Source of the DNA: Octopus vulgaris
Taxonomy: Eukaryota
Assembly (NCBI GenBank): GCA_951406725.2
Contig: OX597818.1
Location: 49,042,001 to 49,106,000 of the forward strand
Direction of reading: 5' to 3'
Length of the DNA stretch: 64,000 bases
Every line of letters starts with the position of its first letter. Position 1 is the stretch's first letter. The notes under the pieces are model-generated. The model made no database searches and was not told where the DNA came from. It was given only the letters and a program-made list of their open reading frames with translations. Below are positions 1 through 12,799 of the stretch, piece after piece. The position numbers and the translations under genes were made by a program.

Positions 1-2
1 TA

Positions 3-43
3 AGTCTGATTATAGCTTAGCAGGTTGAAACTTCGAAGTTACT
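3..43 (+). ncRNA. Degenerate minimal type-I hammerhead ribozyme motif (G8>T)
   Basis: agt-CTGATTA-stem II-GAAA-palindrome (a)cttcgaag(t)-T-act; the core differs from CUGANGA at G8. Confidence 0.45.
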
Positions 44-155
44 GTCCATACTATTCTTGTAAAAGAATAATAAGCTGTATTCTATCAAATGTATTGAGTA
101 ATCCTTCAGTTTATTATATATACAATATATAGCATAAAAACAAACATTAATAAAT

Positions 156-186
<31 letters not shown>

Positions 187-189
187 AAT

Positions 190-378
190 AGTTAATCTAA
201 ACATGAAAACACAACAACGCGAGGACGTGGAATAAGTATAGTATTATTGGATGCTCAGGAAAGAAGGAGGGTTTAACGTTTCGAGCGGAGCTCTTCATCA
301 GAAACATAGGAAAAGGAAAGATCTAAAGGGAAGACAAAGGAAAACAAATCGCCAACGGTACACACGCGGTCACATTTT
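190..378 (-). mobile_element. Short Penelope/retrozyme-like repeat carrying a hammerhead; second copy at 59545-59748 (+)
   Basis: Near-identical inverted copy at ~59545-59748; both copies abut (TA)n. Confidence 0.65.
271..305 (-). ncRNA. Minimal type-I hammerhead ribozyme
   Basis: Reverse complement reads gttt-CTGATGA-a-gagc(tcc)gctc-GAAA-cg-T-T-aaac: stem I gttt/aaac, stem II gagc/gctc, palindromic stem III ACGT, GUU cleavage triplet. Confidence 0.75.
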
Positions 379-487
379 TGTTTGTGGCGGTGTTAGCTAA
401 CTCATCCTACAGTGTTATATTGATTTTCGTGAAACTAAATATGTGAGTAGAATTCATGTCTGGAAACCTCATGACATACTTAGATTA

Positions 488-895
488 CTCTTTACTCTTT
501 TACTTGTTTCAGTCATTTGACTGCTGCCATGCTGGAGCACCGCCTTTAGTCGAGCAACTCGACCCCCGGACTTATTCTTTGTAAGCCCAGTACTTATTCT
601 ATCGGTCTCTTTTGCCAAACCGCTAAGTAACGGGGACGTAAACACACCAGCATCGGTTGTCAAGCAATGCTAGGGGGACAAACACAGACACACAAACATA
701 TACACACACACACCTATATATATATATTCATATATACGACAGGCTTCTTTCAGTTTCCGTCTACCAAATCCACTCACAAGGCATTGGTTGGCCCGGGGCT
801 ATAGCAGAAGAGACTTGCCCAAGATGCCACGCAGTGGGACTGAACCCGGAACCATGTGGTTGGTTAGCAAGCTACTTACCACACAGCCACTCCTG
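488..895 (-). mobile_element. tRNA-derived SINE family A (internal TA/TG microsatellite, gtaaaaga tail)
   Basis: Head ggagtggctgtgtggtaag...gggttcagtccc with A/B-box-like motifs. Further copies or fragments at ~950-1320, 15660-16050, 18256-18630, 24625-24880, 34780-34925, 35090-35530, 36880-37055, 37275-37697, 40530-40940, 43930-44290, 49900-50315, 51452-51868, 57948-58220, 60000-60530. Confidence 0.9.
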
Positions 896-2451
896 GAAAA
901 AATCGATAATATGGCCCCTGGAAGAGATCTTTATATCTACATCATATTTTTTTTTATTTGTTTCAGTCATTTGACTGTGGCCATGCTGGAGCACTGCCTT
1001 AAGTCGAACAAATGGACCCCAGAACTTATTCTTTGTAAGCCTCATACTTATTCTATCGGTCTCTTTACGAAATTGCTAATTTACGGGGATGTAAACACAC
1101 CAGCATCGTGATGGTGGGAGGACAAACACAGACACACAAATATACACACACACACACATATATACGACGGGCTTTTTTCAGTTTCTGTCTACTAAATCCA
1201 CTCACAAGGCTTTGGTTGGCCCAAGGCTATAGTATAAGATACTTACTGAAGGTGCTACGCAGTGGGACTGAACCCGGAACCATGTCGTTGGTAAGCAAGC
1301 TACTTACCACACAGCCATTTTTTAAACACCCAAGGGAAATAACCAATAGCACCTGCACAATACTTTTTTTTTAAACACTCAAGGAAAATAACCCATAGCA
1401 CTTGCAGTTGTTAGTTTTTAGCGAAGCGATCAATATTTGATTCTCACGATCAGCGGACCTAATTCTGCATTTCACTACTCACAGTTTTGAATTGATAAAC
1501 TTTATTATTGCACTTCCTTGATTCATGTACACTTTCAATGCCCATAACTCCGATAATTCTGCATTTTCCAGTTAAAATTTTTTGATGACACTACATAAAT
1601 TTTTGATTCCAGAATGTATTTAATAAGTGTGTCCCAATACTATGAACTCATACTTTGAATGCTTAAAATTCTTAAAAAATGAAACCAAACCTCCACACCA
1701 CATTCAGTTGGGACACCCTGTATCACTTATACTTATTTTACAAATCATAATATTTATTGCTTATTTACAGTTCATACAACATTTTCATGAAACTAATTGA
1801 GCCATCGAATTTAGAAATATTTTACAGGTTTCATTGTTTATGTTCGATTACTTTGAATATTGATTCTTTCATCACAAATGCTGACCAAATTCACAAAACA
1901 AAATAAAAATATACACGCATGCTAACCGCCCAGCAGGAGCAGCACTACAACGACGACCACCACCACAACTATCCTACCACTATCACCACCACCACAACCA
2001 CCAACATCATCAGTAGTATTGTCATTGCTTCCACTTCAACAACATACACCGCCATGAACCTCAACTATGTAATGATTGAACAAGATCTTTCATCACAAAT
2101 GCTGACCAAATTCACAATGATAATGATGATGAAGTAGGTGCAGTATTGTTGAATGGTTAAGAAGTTTGCTCTGTAACCAGAAGGACCTGGGTTCAATCCT
2201 ACTGCATGGTATCTTGGGAAATATATTCAATAGCCTTGAATCAGCTCATGCCTTGCGAGTGAGACTGGGTTGACAAAAACTGTACACAAGTTTCTTGGGT
2301 GGATTGTACCCGTAACTCAAAAAGGACAGCTTTGTCATACCTTGTGCCACACTGATTCTGCATGAGAATTCTGTTAAGGATACATGTGATTGAGTAATGC
2401 TCAGCCACATCTGCATTAATTCAGGAACTGTTAAATCAGTTAATTTGGAAG

Positions 2452-2930
2452 AGAATTAGTCTAGATGTGATGCAGTTTGGTTTTGTGTCAGGGAGAAGTA
2501 CTACTACCTTCCTAATAAGACAAGAGAAAGAGAAATATTTAGCCCAAAGTAAACTGATGTACTTGGCATTTGTTGACATGGAGAAAGCCTTTGAAGCTAG
2601 GAGTAGCTAAGTGGCAGGTGAGAGCTAAACAAACCATGTACAGGGGTGCTGTCAATAAGGTGAGAGTTAGCAATGAGTACAACAATGAATGTTGTGTCAG
2701 GGTAAAAGTTCACCAGGGCTCAATTGTCAGTCCCCTCCTATTCATCACAGCCCTCCAGACCATAAGAAGAATTTAAGACTGGTTACCCTGGAAATTACTA
2801 TATACTGATGACTTTCTATGGCTGAATCTGTAGTAGAATTAGAAAAGGAAATTCCAGGTATGGAAGCAAAACTTGGAATCAAAGTCACAAAGTTAACTTA
2901 GTAAAGACCAAAGTTCCAGTAATAAAAATA
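2452..2930 (+). pseudogene. RTE-clade LINE reverse transcriptase fragment
   Basis: Degenerate QFGFVSGRSTT...EKYLA...MYLAFVDMEKAF...VKVHQGS.SPLLF motifs, broken by frameshifts. Confidence 0.8.
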
Positions 2931-3321
2931 ATAATGAAATTATTGTATACAGTGGTCAGGTGCACCACAACTTGTCAAAAGTGCATATAAAGCATATACA
3001 GTAATGTACAAATGTCTGGGAAGTGAACAGTGTATAAAGATAGTAAAAAGATAGAATAAATACCAAATTTAAATAGTAATGCCTTCTTTTCAACATTTTT
3101 TTTTTCAATTTTTAATTATTTCTTCATTTCTTTACTGAAACATTTTCATTATTCCTCTAATTTTTTTTCCAACACACACACATACACACACGTTTGTTTT
3201 TTCTCTTACTTGCTTCTGTCCTTGAACTGTACTCATACGGGAGCACCACATATGCACAAGTTATACACACTCAATAGATATGTATAAGTATAATATCACA
3301 AACATATATACATATACATAT

Positions 3322-3647
3322 AGGAGCGTGGCTTAGTGGTTAGGGGCATTTGGCTCATGATCGTAAGGTCATGAGTTCAATTCCCGGTGGCGCGTTGTGT
3401 TTTTGAGCAAGACACTTTATTTCACGTTGCTCCAGTCCACTCAGCTGGCAAAAATGAGTAGTACCTGTATTTCAAAGGGCCAGCTTTGCCACACTCTGTG
3501 TCACGCTACGCTGAATCTCCCCGAGAACTATGTTAAGGGTACACGTGTTTGTGGAGTGCTCAGCCACTTGCACGTTAATTTCACGAGCAAGCTGTTCCAT
3601 TGATTGTATCAGCTGGGACCCTCATTGTCGCAACTGACAGAGTGCTC
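3322..3647 (+). mobile_element. tRNA-derived SINE family C
   Basis: gcgtggcttagtggttag...gagttcaattccc head. Related copies at 4650-4900, 5195-5520, 23462-23842, 53160-53405(-), 54235-54528(-). Confidence 0.8.
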
Positions 3648-3654
3648 CTTATAT

Positions 3655-4024
3655 ATGCCAGACGAGGCTGGTGCTTTTTATGTGCCACTGGCATGGAGGC
3701 CAGGCGAGGCTGGCAACGGCCACGAACGTAACAAACACCATCCGATCGTGGCCGTTGCCAGCCTCGCCTGGCCTCCGTGCCAGTGGCACATAAAAAGCAC
3801 CATCTGAGCGTGGCCGTTCGCCAGCCTCGTCTGGCACCTGTGTCGGTGGCACATAAAAAGCACCTACTACACTCACGGAGTGGTTGGCGTTAGGAAGGGC
3901 ATCCAGCTGTAGAAACACTGCCAGATCTGACTGGCCTGGCGCAGCCTTCTGGCTTCCCAGACCCCAGTTGAACCGTCCAACCCATGCGAGCATGGAAAGC
4001 GGACGTTAAACGATGATGATGATG

Positions 4025-4025
<1 letters not shown>
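3655..4025 (+). mobile_element. RTE LINE 3' UTR-derived repeat with (GAT)n tail (family B)
   Basis: aaaagcacccactacact...gttaggaagggcatccagc...acccatgctagcatggaaagcggacgttaaacgatgatg. Copies at 5520-5855, 6470-6990, 7640-8075, 16825-17110, 22000-22320(-), 29955-30540(-), 36035-36375(-), 53690-54115, 57010-57295, 59070-59340(-), 61095-61345. Confidence 0.85.
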
Positions 4026-4055
<30 letters not shown>

Positions 4056-5924
4056 AGTAGGTGAATGAAGTATCCTAGCATGGAAAATTCGCTTAACCGA
4101 TACTTGGGTAGCAAATTCACGTCGGAAAACACGGTTGAAGCGACCTGTCAAGGGTAGAAACTCCGGGTTCTTGTGTGGAAATTTGTGTGTTTTTTATATG
4201 AATAAATGAAAGAATGGAGTCGTCCATTCTTTCAATTATTTATATATATATAGATATATATATACACTCTTCAGGGTGTATGTAGGCAAGCAAATGTTGC
4301 TGTGTATTGCTCCACTGCATCTATGACTATTTCATCACTGAGGGAGACAAAGGGTGGGAGGGAGAGAGAGTGAGATAGATCCCAAATGCATGAGTCCAAG
4401 TGTTATGCTCGTACTTACACTGCTGCTCATCCCTGTCCCCATCCATGGGGATGTGCTCATGCTCCTTCTCTTTTCTCTCACTTGTCCTCATTCATATGGA
4501 TGTGATCATACTTCATCATCATGTTCCTCCTCATCTCCGTGGTGATTTAGTGCCTTCTTCAAGCTTCGCTGCAACCTTTCAGTGGCCGGCAGAGGAGACA
4601 ATCGAGGCACCCGTACTTGTGCCTACTGCTCCAGGTCTTGCCTCTGCTGCCAAGTGGTTAGAGTGTTGCACTCCCGATCACAAGGTCGTGGTTTCAATCC
4701 CTAGGTTAGGTGGTATGTTGTGTTCTTGAGCAAAACACTTCATCTCACGCTGCTCTGCGATCACCTCAACACCTGATGCACCTGGTTAGGCAACATTGAT
4801 TTGATGGAGAGTCTGAGGTAATGTGCAGCATGAACGTTTGATCTTTGATCACTATAAACAAATCATTTGTGCAGATTGGTCAGCAGTAGCTTCAATGGGA
4901 GAGTCCATCATCATCATCATATATATATATATATATATATATATCTTAAATGTCCATTTTACATGCTGGCATGGGTTGGATGGTTTAACCGAGAACTGGT
5001 AAGTGGGGGTGCTGCACCATGTTCCAATCTGATTTGCCATGGTTTCTATATTTCGATGCTCTTCTTAATGCCAACCACTCCAAGAGTGTAGTGGGTGCTT
5101 TTTACATACCATCGACATAGGTGCCAGTTACAGTACACCAGTATCAGCCATGGCTGTAGTCGTGGCTAATGCTGGTGTCATATATATATATATGGTGAAG
5201 GTGTATGACTCAGTGGTTAAAGTGTCAAGCTTATGACCATGAGGTTGTGAGTTCGAATCCTGGACCGGGATGTAGGTTGTGTTCTTGAGCAAGACACTTT
5301 ATTTCACATTGCTTCAGTTCACTCAGCTGTAGAAATGTGTTGCGACGTCAGAGGTGCCAAGCTGTATTGGCCTTTACCTTTCCCTTGGCGGCGTGGAGAG
5401 AGGAGGCCAGTATGCATGGGCAACTGCTGGTCTTCCATAAACAATCTTGCCTGGACTTGTACCTGGGAGAGTAACTTTCTAAGTGCGATCCCATGGTCAG
5501 TCATGACTGAAGGGGGTCTAGAGCACCATCCGAGCGTGATCGTTGCCAGAGCAACTAACTGGCACGTGAAAAAACATTTAAGCGAGTTCATTGCGAGTGC
5601 CACAGGACTGGCTCTTGTGCCGGTGGCAGGCAAAAAACACCATTGCCGGTACCGCCTGACTGGCCCTCGACCCGGTGGCACATAAAAGCACCCACTACAC
5701 TCTTGGAGTGGTTGGCGTTAGGAAGGGCATCCAGCTGTAGAAACTCTGCCAGATCAAGATTGGAGCCTGGTGCAGCCATCTGGTTTGCCAGTCCTCAGTC
5801 AAATCGTCCAACCCATGCTAGCATGGAAAGCGGACGTTAAACGATGATGATGATGATATATATATATATATATATACGCACACACACACATATATGCACA
5901 TATATACATATTACTCATACCCCA

Positions 5925-7580
5925 CTGTGTGATATGGTGGGCTCTGAGAAAGTTAAGGATACATGAGTGACTGGTGAAAGCTGTACAGACCATGTACAAA
6001 GACACTGTCAGTAAATTGAAAGTTAACCATGAATACACTGAAGATCTGGGTTACAGATAGTTCATCAATGCTCAGACTTTAGTCCCCTCCTTTTCATCAC
6101 TGTCCCCCAGGCCATAACAGAGGAATCTAAGACTAGCAGCCCCTGGGAACTACTATATGCTGATGCTCTTGCTCTCATAGCAGATTCCATATCAGAGCTA
6201 GAAGAGAAATTCCAAAAGTGGAAGCAAAACCTGGAATCTAAGGGCCCTAAGGTTAACTCAGCAAAGACTAAGGTGCTAGTAAGCAAGAAAACTGACATGA
6301 CCCTACCCACCCCTGACATGACCCTACCCACCCCACACCTCAGGTAGGTGGCCCTGTTTGATTTGTGATGATGATGATGATGTGTAAGCAGGAACTCCAT
6401 ATGGTGTACTCAGTGTAAGCTATGGACTAAGCAGTGTACATAGTGTAAACAGTAGATAAATAAGAAGGTTTGCTTGCAAAGACTTGTTGAGACAAGTGAA
6501 ATCGAAGTCGAAATCAAACTCCGTGACTGGCATCCGTTGCTAGTGGAGTGCTAAGAGTACCATATGAGTGAGATCATTGCCAGAGCAACAAGCTGGCCTT
6601 TGTGCTGATGGCATGTTAAAAACACTATTCGAACGTGATCGTTACCTGCATTACCTTACTAGCACTTGTGTGCTGGTGGTACGTGAAAAAACATTCGAGC
6701 AAGGTCGTTGCCAGTGCTGCTGGACTGGCTCCTGTGCAAGTGGCACATAAAAAACACCATTTGAGCATGGCCGTTGCCAGTACCGCCTGACTGGCCCTCA
6801 TGCCGGTGGCACGTAAAAAGCACCCACTACACTCTCGGAGTGGTTGGCATTAGGAAGGGCATCCAGCAGTAGAAACTCTGCCAGATCAGATTGGAGTCTG
6901 GTGCAGCCATCTGGTTGGCCAGACCTCAGTCAAATCGTCCAACCCATGCTAACATAGAAAGCGGACATTAAACGATGATGATGATGATGTTATCTGAGAA
7001 GATAGTTTTCATATGTGGAAGATCCATGCACAAGATCCATAAAAACTTTAGCAAACTCATGGACATTGATTCTCTCAAATGCCCTGGTGACTCATTAGAG
7101 GAAGTGGATAATTTCTGCTACCTAGTGGTCAAAATTAGTCATGGGGGAAGATGTATGGAGAGTGAAAATAGCTAGGATAAGAATAGGATGGAGTAAATTC
7201 AGAGAATTTTTACCTTTGTTAGCTATGAAAGGTTTCTCTCTTTGAGTGAAAGGAAGATTGTATGATGCATGTGAATGTTAGAAAGAAATGAGGTTAGTAT
7301 GCACCGCTGGATGTGTAATATGAGTGTAAATGTTTGAAAGAGTGCTAGTGTTTTGAGAGAGAAGTTAGGCATAAGAGGAATTAGTTGCAGTGTGCAAGAG
7401 AGAAGACTGCTGGTTTAGTCATGTGATGTGGATGGGTGCAGACAGCTCCATCAAGAAGTGTTGATCTCTCAAAGGAAGAACTGAGATGAGGTACTGAAGG
7501 ACGACCTCAGGATCTGAACCTTTCAGACGAGACGATAAAGGACCAAGATATCTGGCACCTTGCTGTACTCAAGAAGACTT
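5925..7580 (+). pseudogene. RTE LINE RT fragments, interrupted by a family-B insertion (6470-6990)
   Basis: PWELLYADAL, WKQNLESKG.KVN..KTK, LEEVDNFCYL, RIRIGWSKFRE..PLL. Confidence 0.8.
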
Positions 7581-7892
7581 GTACTTCACAGCAGAAGTGT
7601 TAAGGCCCTCTCCCCGGTGAAGAGGATTGGCTTATAAGAGTGCCGTGCTGGTGTCAAGTAAAAAGCGCTCGTGTAGTGCCATATAAAAGCACTTAACATT
7701 CTCTGTAAAGTGGTTGGTGTGAGGAAGGGCATCCAGCCGTAGAAACCAGGCCAAATCAGACTGGAGCCTGGTGCAGCACAGCAGCTTGCCAGCTGTGGTC
7801 AAACCATCCAACCCATGCCAGCATGGACGACGGACGTAAGATGATGATATATATGAATATATATACACACACACACATGTATATATATACAT

Positions 7893-7928
<36 letters not shown>

Positions 7929-8081
7929 TAGGAAGGGCATCCAGTTGTAGAAACACTGCCAGATCTGACTGGCCTGGTGCAGCCTTCGGGCTCCCCAGAT
8001 CCCAGTTGAACCGTCCAACCCATGCTAGCATGGAAAGCGGACGTTAAATGATGATGATGATGATGATGATGATGATATATA

Positions 8082-8212
8082 CAGGGTGTCCCAAAAAAAT
8101 GTATACACACCTTAAATAATTGTAAATTTGTTATTCTTTGTAAGCCTAGTACTTATTCTATCGTTCTCTTTTGCCGAACCACTATGTGTATACATTTTTT
8201 GGGGACACCTTG
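8082..8212. mobile_element. Tc1/mariner-type MITE containing a SINE-A fragment
   Basis: TIRs cagggtgtcccaaaaaaatgtatacaca / tgtgtatacattttttggggacaccttg, flanked by TA on both sides. Confidence 0.75.
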
Positions 8213-8589
8213 TATATATATATATATATATATATACACGCACACACACTAATATATGTATGTGTGTGTGTGTGTGGAACAAACAACTATTGTAAATAAA
8301 TAGGTGGATATGTGTTAGTATCAAAAACCTTATAACTTGTCTTTTACGAACTGTTTGATGTATTTTTTCGAACAGTATGTTTGTAAACTTAAGCAATATG
8401 TTTATAATTTTTCCCCTCACTTTTATATTAATTACTATCGGAAAGGTTTATTACTCCGGTCTCATTATCGATGTTGAATTTTAAAAAGAAATCTTTTGCC
8501 ATATTACGCGTATGTCGATATAAATAAATCATGGAAGTGGATAACTTTATAAAAAATTAAGAAGGAAATGTAAAAATATTACTGCTCCA

Positions 8590-9900
8590 TTAGTTTAGCC
8601 CGACGTCAGGCCTCACTGAATAGACCTATTAACAAAGTTGTTCCGTCCGTAACCACGAAGTCTTTTATCTGACCTAGGGTGGGAAATTCGGGGAAATTCG
8701 GCTGCTATTCTTAGCAGATGGACGGAACGATTACGTAGAGGTTTATAAATTGTAGTATTTGTTTGGCTCCATATTAATCTAATCGAGACGACTAATAACC
8801 AAAAGTGTTCCAGTCGTGTTAACCCTCGTGTGTGTGTGTCAAGAGAGATTTTATTGTCCTAACCTATACTTCTTTAGTTAATACGGAGGGTTCCCGTTTG
8901 ACCGAGATTCGGGTTGCTATTTCTAGAATGTCGAGCAACTGCGCGCAGAGGCTTCCTCGTTGGCTTTGAAGTGCTTACTATATATATGTATGTATGTGTA
9001 TGTATGTATATATATGTATGTGTATGTATGTATATATATGTATGTGTATGTATGTATATATGTATTGCTGATTACTTAACGATGGATACCTAAAGAAAAT
9101 TAGGAATTGTCAAACACTAACCTTCCATTTCAACAGCCGGCATTAATTTGAATCCACCTTTGATGTCCTGAACAATTACGACATCTATATGAGTAAGAGG
9201 TTTTGTATCCGGGAATAAAAGAATATCGGAATACTGAAAGAGATGGTGAAAGAGATCGTTGAAACATTTACGTAAAGCGAATATAAAACAAAAAGCAATA
9301 TCTATGGAAAACGTAAATAAATTTCCGATACAATGGGATGGTATTTGTTTGTAAATAACCAAACTTAATGAGGCCAACTTTGCGTTTCCTCGCTTCCTGG
9401 ATCGGTATAAAGTCAATATTCGAATACTGGAGTCGATCAATCGGTTATACTTGTTTCCCACATTTGAGGTCTCAGTTCACTTAATCTGATTGCTAATTCA
9501 GTTGTTTAGCTTCTCGTAGGCCTGATCGACCAGATATATGATCAAAAGCTTTCTAGCCGTGACTATTCCGTAATTTTTATATAATTTTAGCTGTATTACT
9601 ATTTTTAAAACTAGGATGGATATTATTTTAGGGAGACTTGACTGCTATTTCTGACAGATCAACTTACAACGTGGGGGTTCACTGCTAAATATTTAGATCC
9701 ATGTTGGCACCAACTGAATAGACCCATGATAAAAAGACGTTCATGCATTATGTATCTATTACTAAACTAGCCAACATAGCCTTAGATGTTTTTTTATAGG
9801 TGATTAGTTAAAGTTTCAAGACGAGAAGACAGGATTTCAGGGAAATTTGGCTACTATTTTTAGCAAGTCAACCAAGTACGTAGAAGATTCTACATAGGCT
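8590..9900 (+). repeat. Cluster of four copies of an old ~200-bp dispersed repeat
   Basis: Recurrent agacctatgatcaaa...ccagccgtgac...gagatttggctgctatttctagcag...acgtagagg at ~8600, 8790, 9520, 9720. Also at 24250-24380, 28030-28215, 47885, 52200 and on the minus strand at 46300-46700 and 62500-62880. Confidence 0.65.
9122..9301 (-). CDS. Candidate exon of an unidentified host gene
   Basis: ttttccatag| 180 nt open in phase 1-1 (DIAFCFIFALRKCFNDLFHHLFQYSDILLFPDTKPLTHIDVVIVQDIKGGFKLMPAVEME) |gttagt; non-repetitive; lies within a 114-codon ORF. Confidence 0.3.
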
Positions 9901-10309
9901 CGTTGTGAAATGTTTCATATGCTTGACGATAATGTGAGCATTCACTAATTTCAGATGACTTGCCGATTTATAAAATAAAGGAAAACACTTATAAAATGCT
10001 TTATAACCATAAAACTGACGTTATGTCAAAATCTGGTTTAGCTATTTTTTTATTTCACTTTAGTGAAGTTTATATAAAACTTCTTGCTCTCATCTTCCAT
10101 ATATATAAACATTGTATGTCCATATATTTGTTTTAACGGAGAAAAATATACATATACGTTATATATATATATTATATATATATATTAATTATCTTTTTTA
10201 ATAATTTTGATATATATTTAAATAATATAAATTAATTAATCTTATGTATTGGCTTAAGTTTTTCATTGTATGATTTGCCTAATAGTGGTTTTATCTCTAA
10301 TTTAATATA

Positions 10310-10340
<31 letters not shown>

Positions 10341-11049
10341 TACATATATAGAAGAGCAAAACAATTATTTACAAAAGATCTCTCGTTTTCTTGGAATAAT
10401 TAATAAGAGGAGTTGACAAAATTTCCAAGTTAACACATTTCTGAGAAATAAAGGAATAAATCGAAAAAGACTCAAAAGTATGTTGAGAAGGAGAAGTTAT
10501 AATTTTTTTAAGGGGTGTTACGAAAAATAAAACAAGTAAAAACTTATTTTAAAAAAAATAAAACAAGAGTGAAAGCACCTTACCTTAAGCTAAGACGAAA
10601 TTAACAATGTTACTATTTGCAGAGTGTAAGCAAGGTACGTAACTCTAACGTAGTGTTTATTCTTTTTGCTTCACCGAGAGAAGCAAATTAGATAAAAATA
10701 AAAAATAAGAAATCCAAAAAAACCCACAAAAATTATGGTGTTCTCTATTTTTGATTATTAAACGAAACATCCGTTTTCTTCTTCAGGTCATAATCTGGCT
10801 TTTAGTGAAACTTCAAAGTATATATTTTAATAGAGCTTAAGTTACCAGTAAATATTTTTTTTCAGCTATTGGTTTCATTTTACTAAAAAATTTAAAGTGT
10901 GACTCACCACCGTCACCCGTGGGCAGAAAGTAAAAATAATATTCTTTCATAATTAAATAATAATTGGTAAATATGTATAAACATATTGTATTTATATTTT
11001 TTTAATATGAAATCGATTTTTGGAGACATAGGCTCTGCTGAATACGGAA

Positions 11050-11991
11050 GACGTGCACAGACTGGACAGAGACGAAGTGATCAGTGCGCATGTACTCCAA
11101 AGTGCAATTGTATTGAAAGAAAAGTTGGGCATAAGTGGAATTAAATGTGACAGGCAAAAGAGAAGACTACGTTGGTTTGGACATGTGATGCGTAGGAATG
11201 AGGACAGCTGCATAAAGAAGTGTCGATCACCTGCGGGAGAGGGAGACCCAGGGAGACGTGGGATGAAGTGGTAAGGACCGATCTCAGGATGTTGGGCCTC
11301 GCGGAGGAAATGACAATGGACCGAGATATCTGGTGGTATGAGGTTCTTGAGAAGACCCTCCCACGAACTGAGTTCTCGAAGCCTCTGTGTCCCACCCACA
11401 TTTAGCAAGAAAACTTCTCACACACTCTGCCACAACAAAACAAACTACATCTCTTCACTTCCTCGCATTTCCACTTCATGCCCTATGCTTACCTCGCACA
11501 CCCCAATCCTTTCCCCTTGGCCCTGTGCCACTGTATCATTGCTCTCCGCTAGCACCCCCACCCCCCACGACATATGTATTCCACCCACACGTAACAAGAA
11601 AACTTTCCACACACCTTACCCCAACAAACCAATTTACATAGCTACATCTCTTCTCTTCATCACATTTCCGCCTTCATACACTATGCCTACCCCTCATTCT
11701 CCAATCCTGTTCTCAAGGCCCTGTTCCTCCGGATCATTGCTATCTGGTAGCTCCCCAACTCTATATATACCCAGGTTTTTGCGACCCCCATTCCCACTCC
11801 GCACTCTCTAATCACGGTTCCTCACAATATCCTGCCACTTATATTATGATGTTCAAACCTCAAGGGTATGCCCTGGCACTTGCCCCATTTATATCTCTCT
11901 CTTCCTTTACTGAACCATCCCATTTATATTCTGATCTCTGTTCCTTTTGAGCATGCCCGGCACTTTGTCACCATCTCTATCCTGCTGTCTC

Positions 11992-12027
<36 letters not shown>

Positions 12028-12103
12028 TCCCTTGCACTTCCCTCAGCTTGGGTAACTATGTATTTTCTTTGTAGCAGTGCACATGTTTCTGTCTTCATTC
12101 TTA

Positions 12104-12169
<66 letters not shown>

Positions 12170-12610
12170 ACCAGCTGAGTAACCTTGTATCTCCTCTACA
12201 GCAAGATACTTGTTTCTGTCTCTCTGTTTCACTATAACCTTTCATCATCTGACACAAGATCACTTCCTCCAATGCCCCTCCCATCTCAGAGATTTTTTTT
12301 GTCTTGCAAGTGTTTGGTGACACTATCAGTGCAGGTGCCACTTAAAAGCACCCAGTCCACACTGTAAAGTGGTTGGTCTTTGGAAGGGCATCTAGCCGTA
12401 AAAACCTTGCCAAAACTGACCTTGCCTGTGCTTGTGCCATGTAAAAAGCACTAAGTCCACTCTGCTGAGTGGTTAATGCATCCAGGGCATCCAGCTGTAA
12501 AAATCCTGCCAAAACAGTCACTGAAGTCTGGTGCAGGCTTCTGCCTGGCTGGCTCCTGTCAAACCATCCCACCTATGCCAGCATGGAAGGTCGGTGTTAA
12601 GCAATGAGGA
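11050..12610 (+). mobile_element. 3' end of an RTE LINE: RT C-terminus plus pyrimidine-rich 3' UTR with (CT)n and family-B tail
   Basis: LKEKLGISGI...RRLRWFGHVMR...GRGRPRETWDEVV. Confidence 0.8.
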
Positions 12611-12799
12611 TGATAATGATGAATACAATTTTCATTAAAAGTTAATGAAAGAACTCATATTACTTATTATAAAATTATACACTTTTCCAATGGAAGTATG
12701 ACAGTTATGATAAATCCTTCTGGTCTGCAGCACCCAACATATTTGGCTTTATGTCTACATCACAATTCAGCATTATCATAATAATAATTTTAATAATAA

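Noticed and set aside
469-1374. Recurrent ORFs such as MTTDAGVFTSP... and MLAWVGRFNW...
   Set aside because: Translations of SINE and RTE-UTR repeats, with inconsistent frames among copies
1771-1827. 57-nt plus-strand exon candidate SYNIFMKLIEPSNLEIFY
   Set aside because: Splice sites are plausible but the donor is weak (gtttca) and there is no supporting partner exon or homology
4125-4175. Additional hammerhead-like motifs (also 57655-57700)
   Set aside because: GAAA and a stem II are present, but the core is too degenerate to call
8449-8545. Cadherin-like peptide FNIDNETGVINL on the minus strand
   Set aside because: Only ~38 codons before a stop, no other cadherin motifs, weak acceptor
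11338-12341. 157-aa and 144-aa ORFs
   Set aside because: Pyrimidine-rich LINE 3' UTR and (CT)n sequence that lacks stops for compositional reasons
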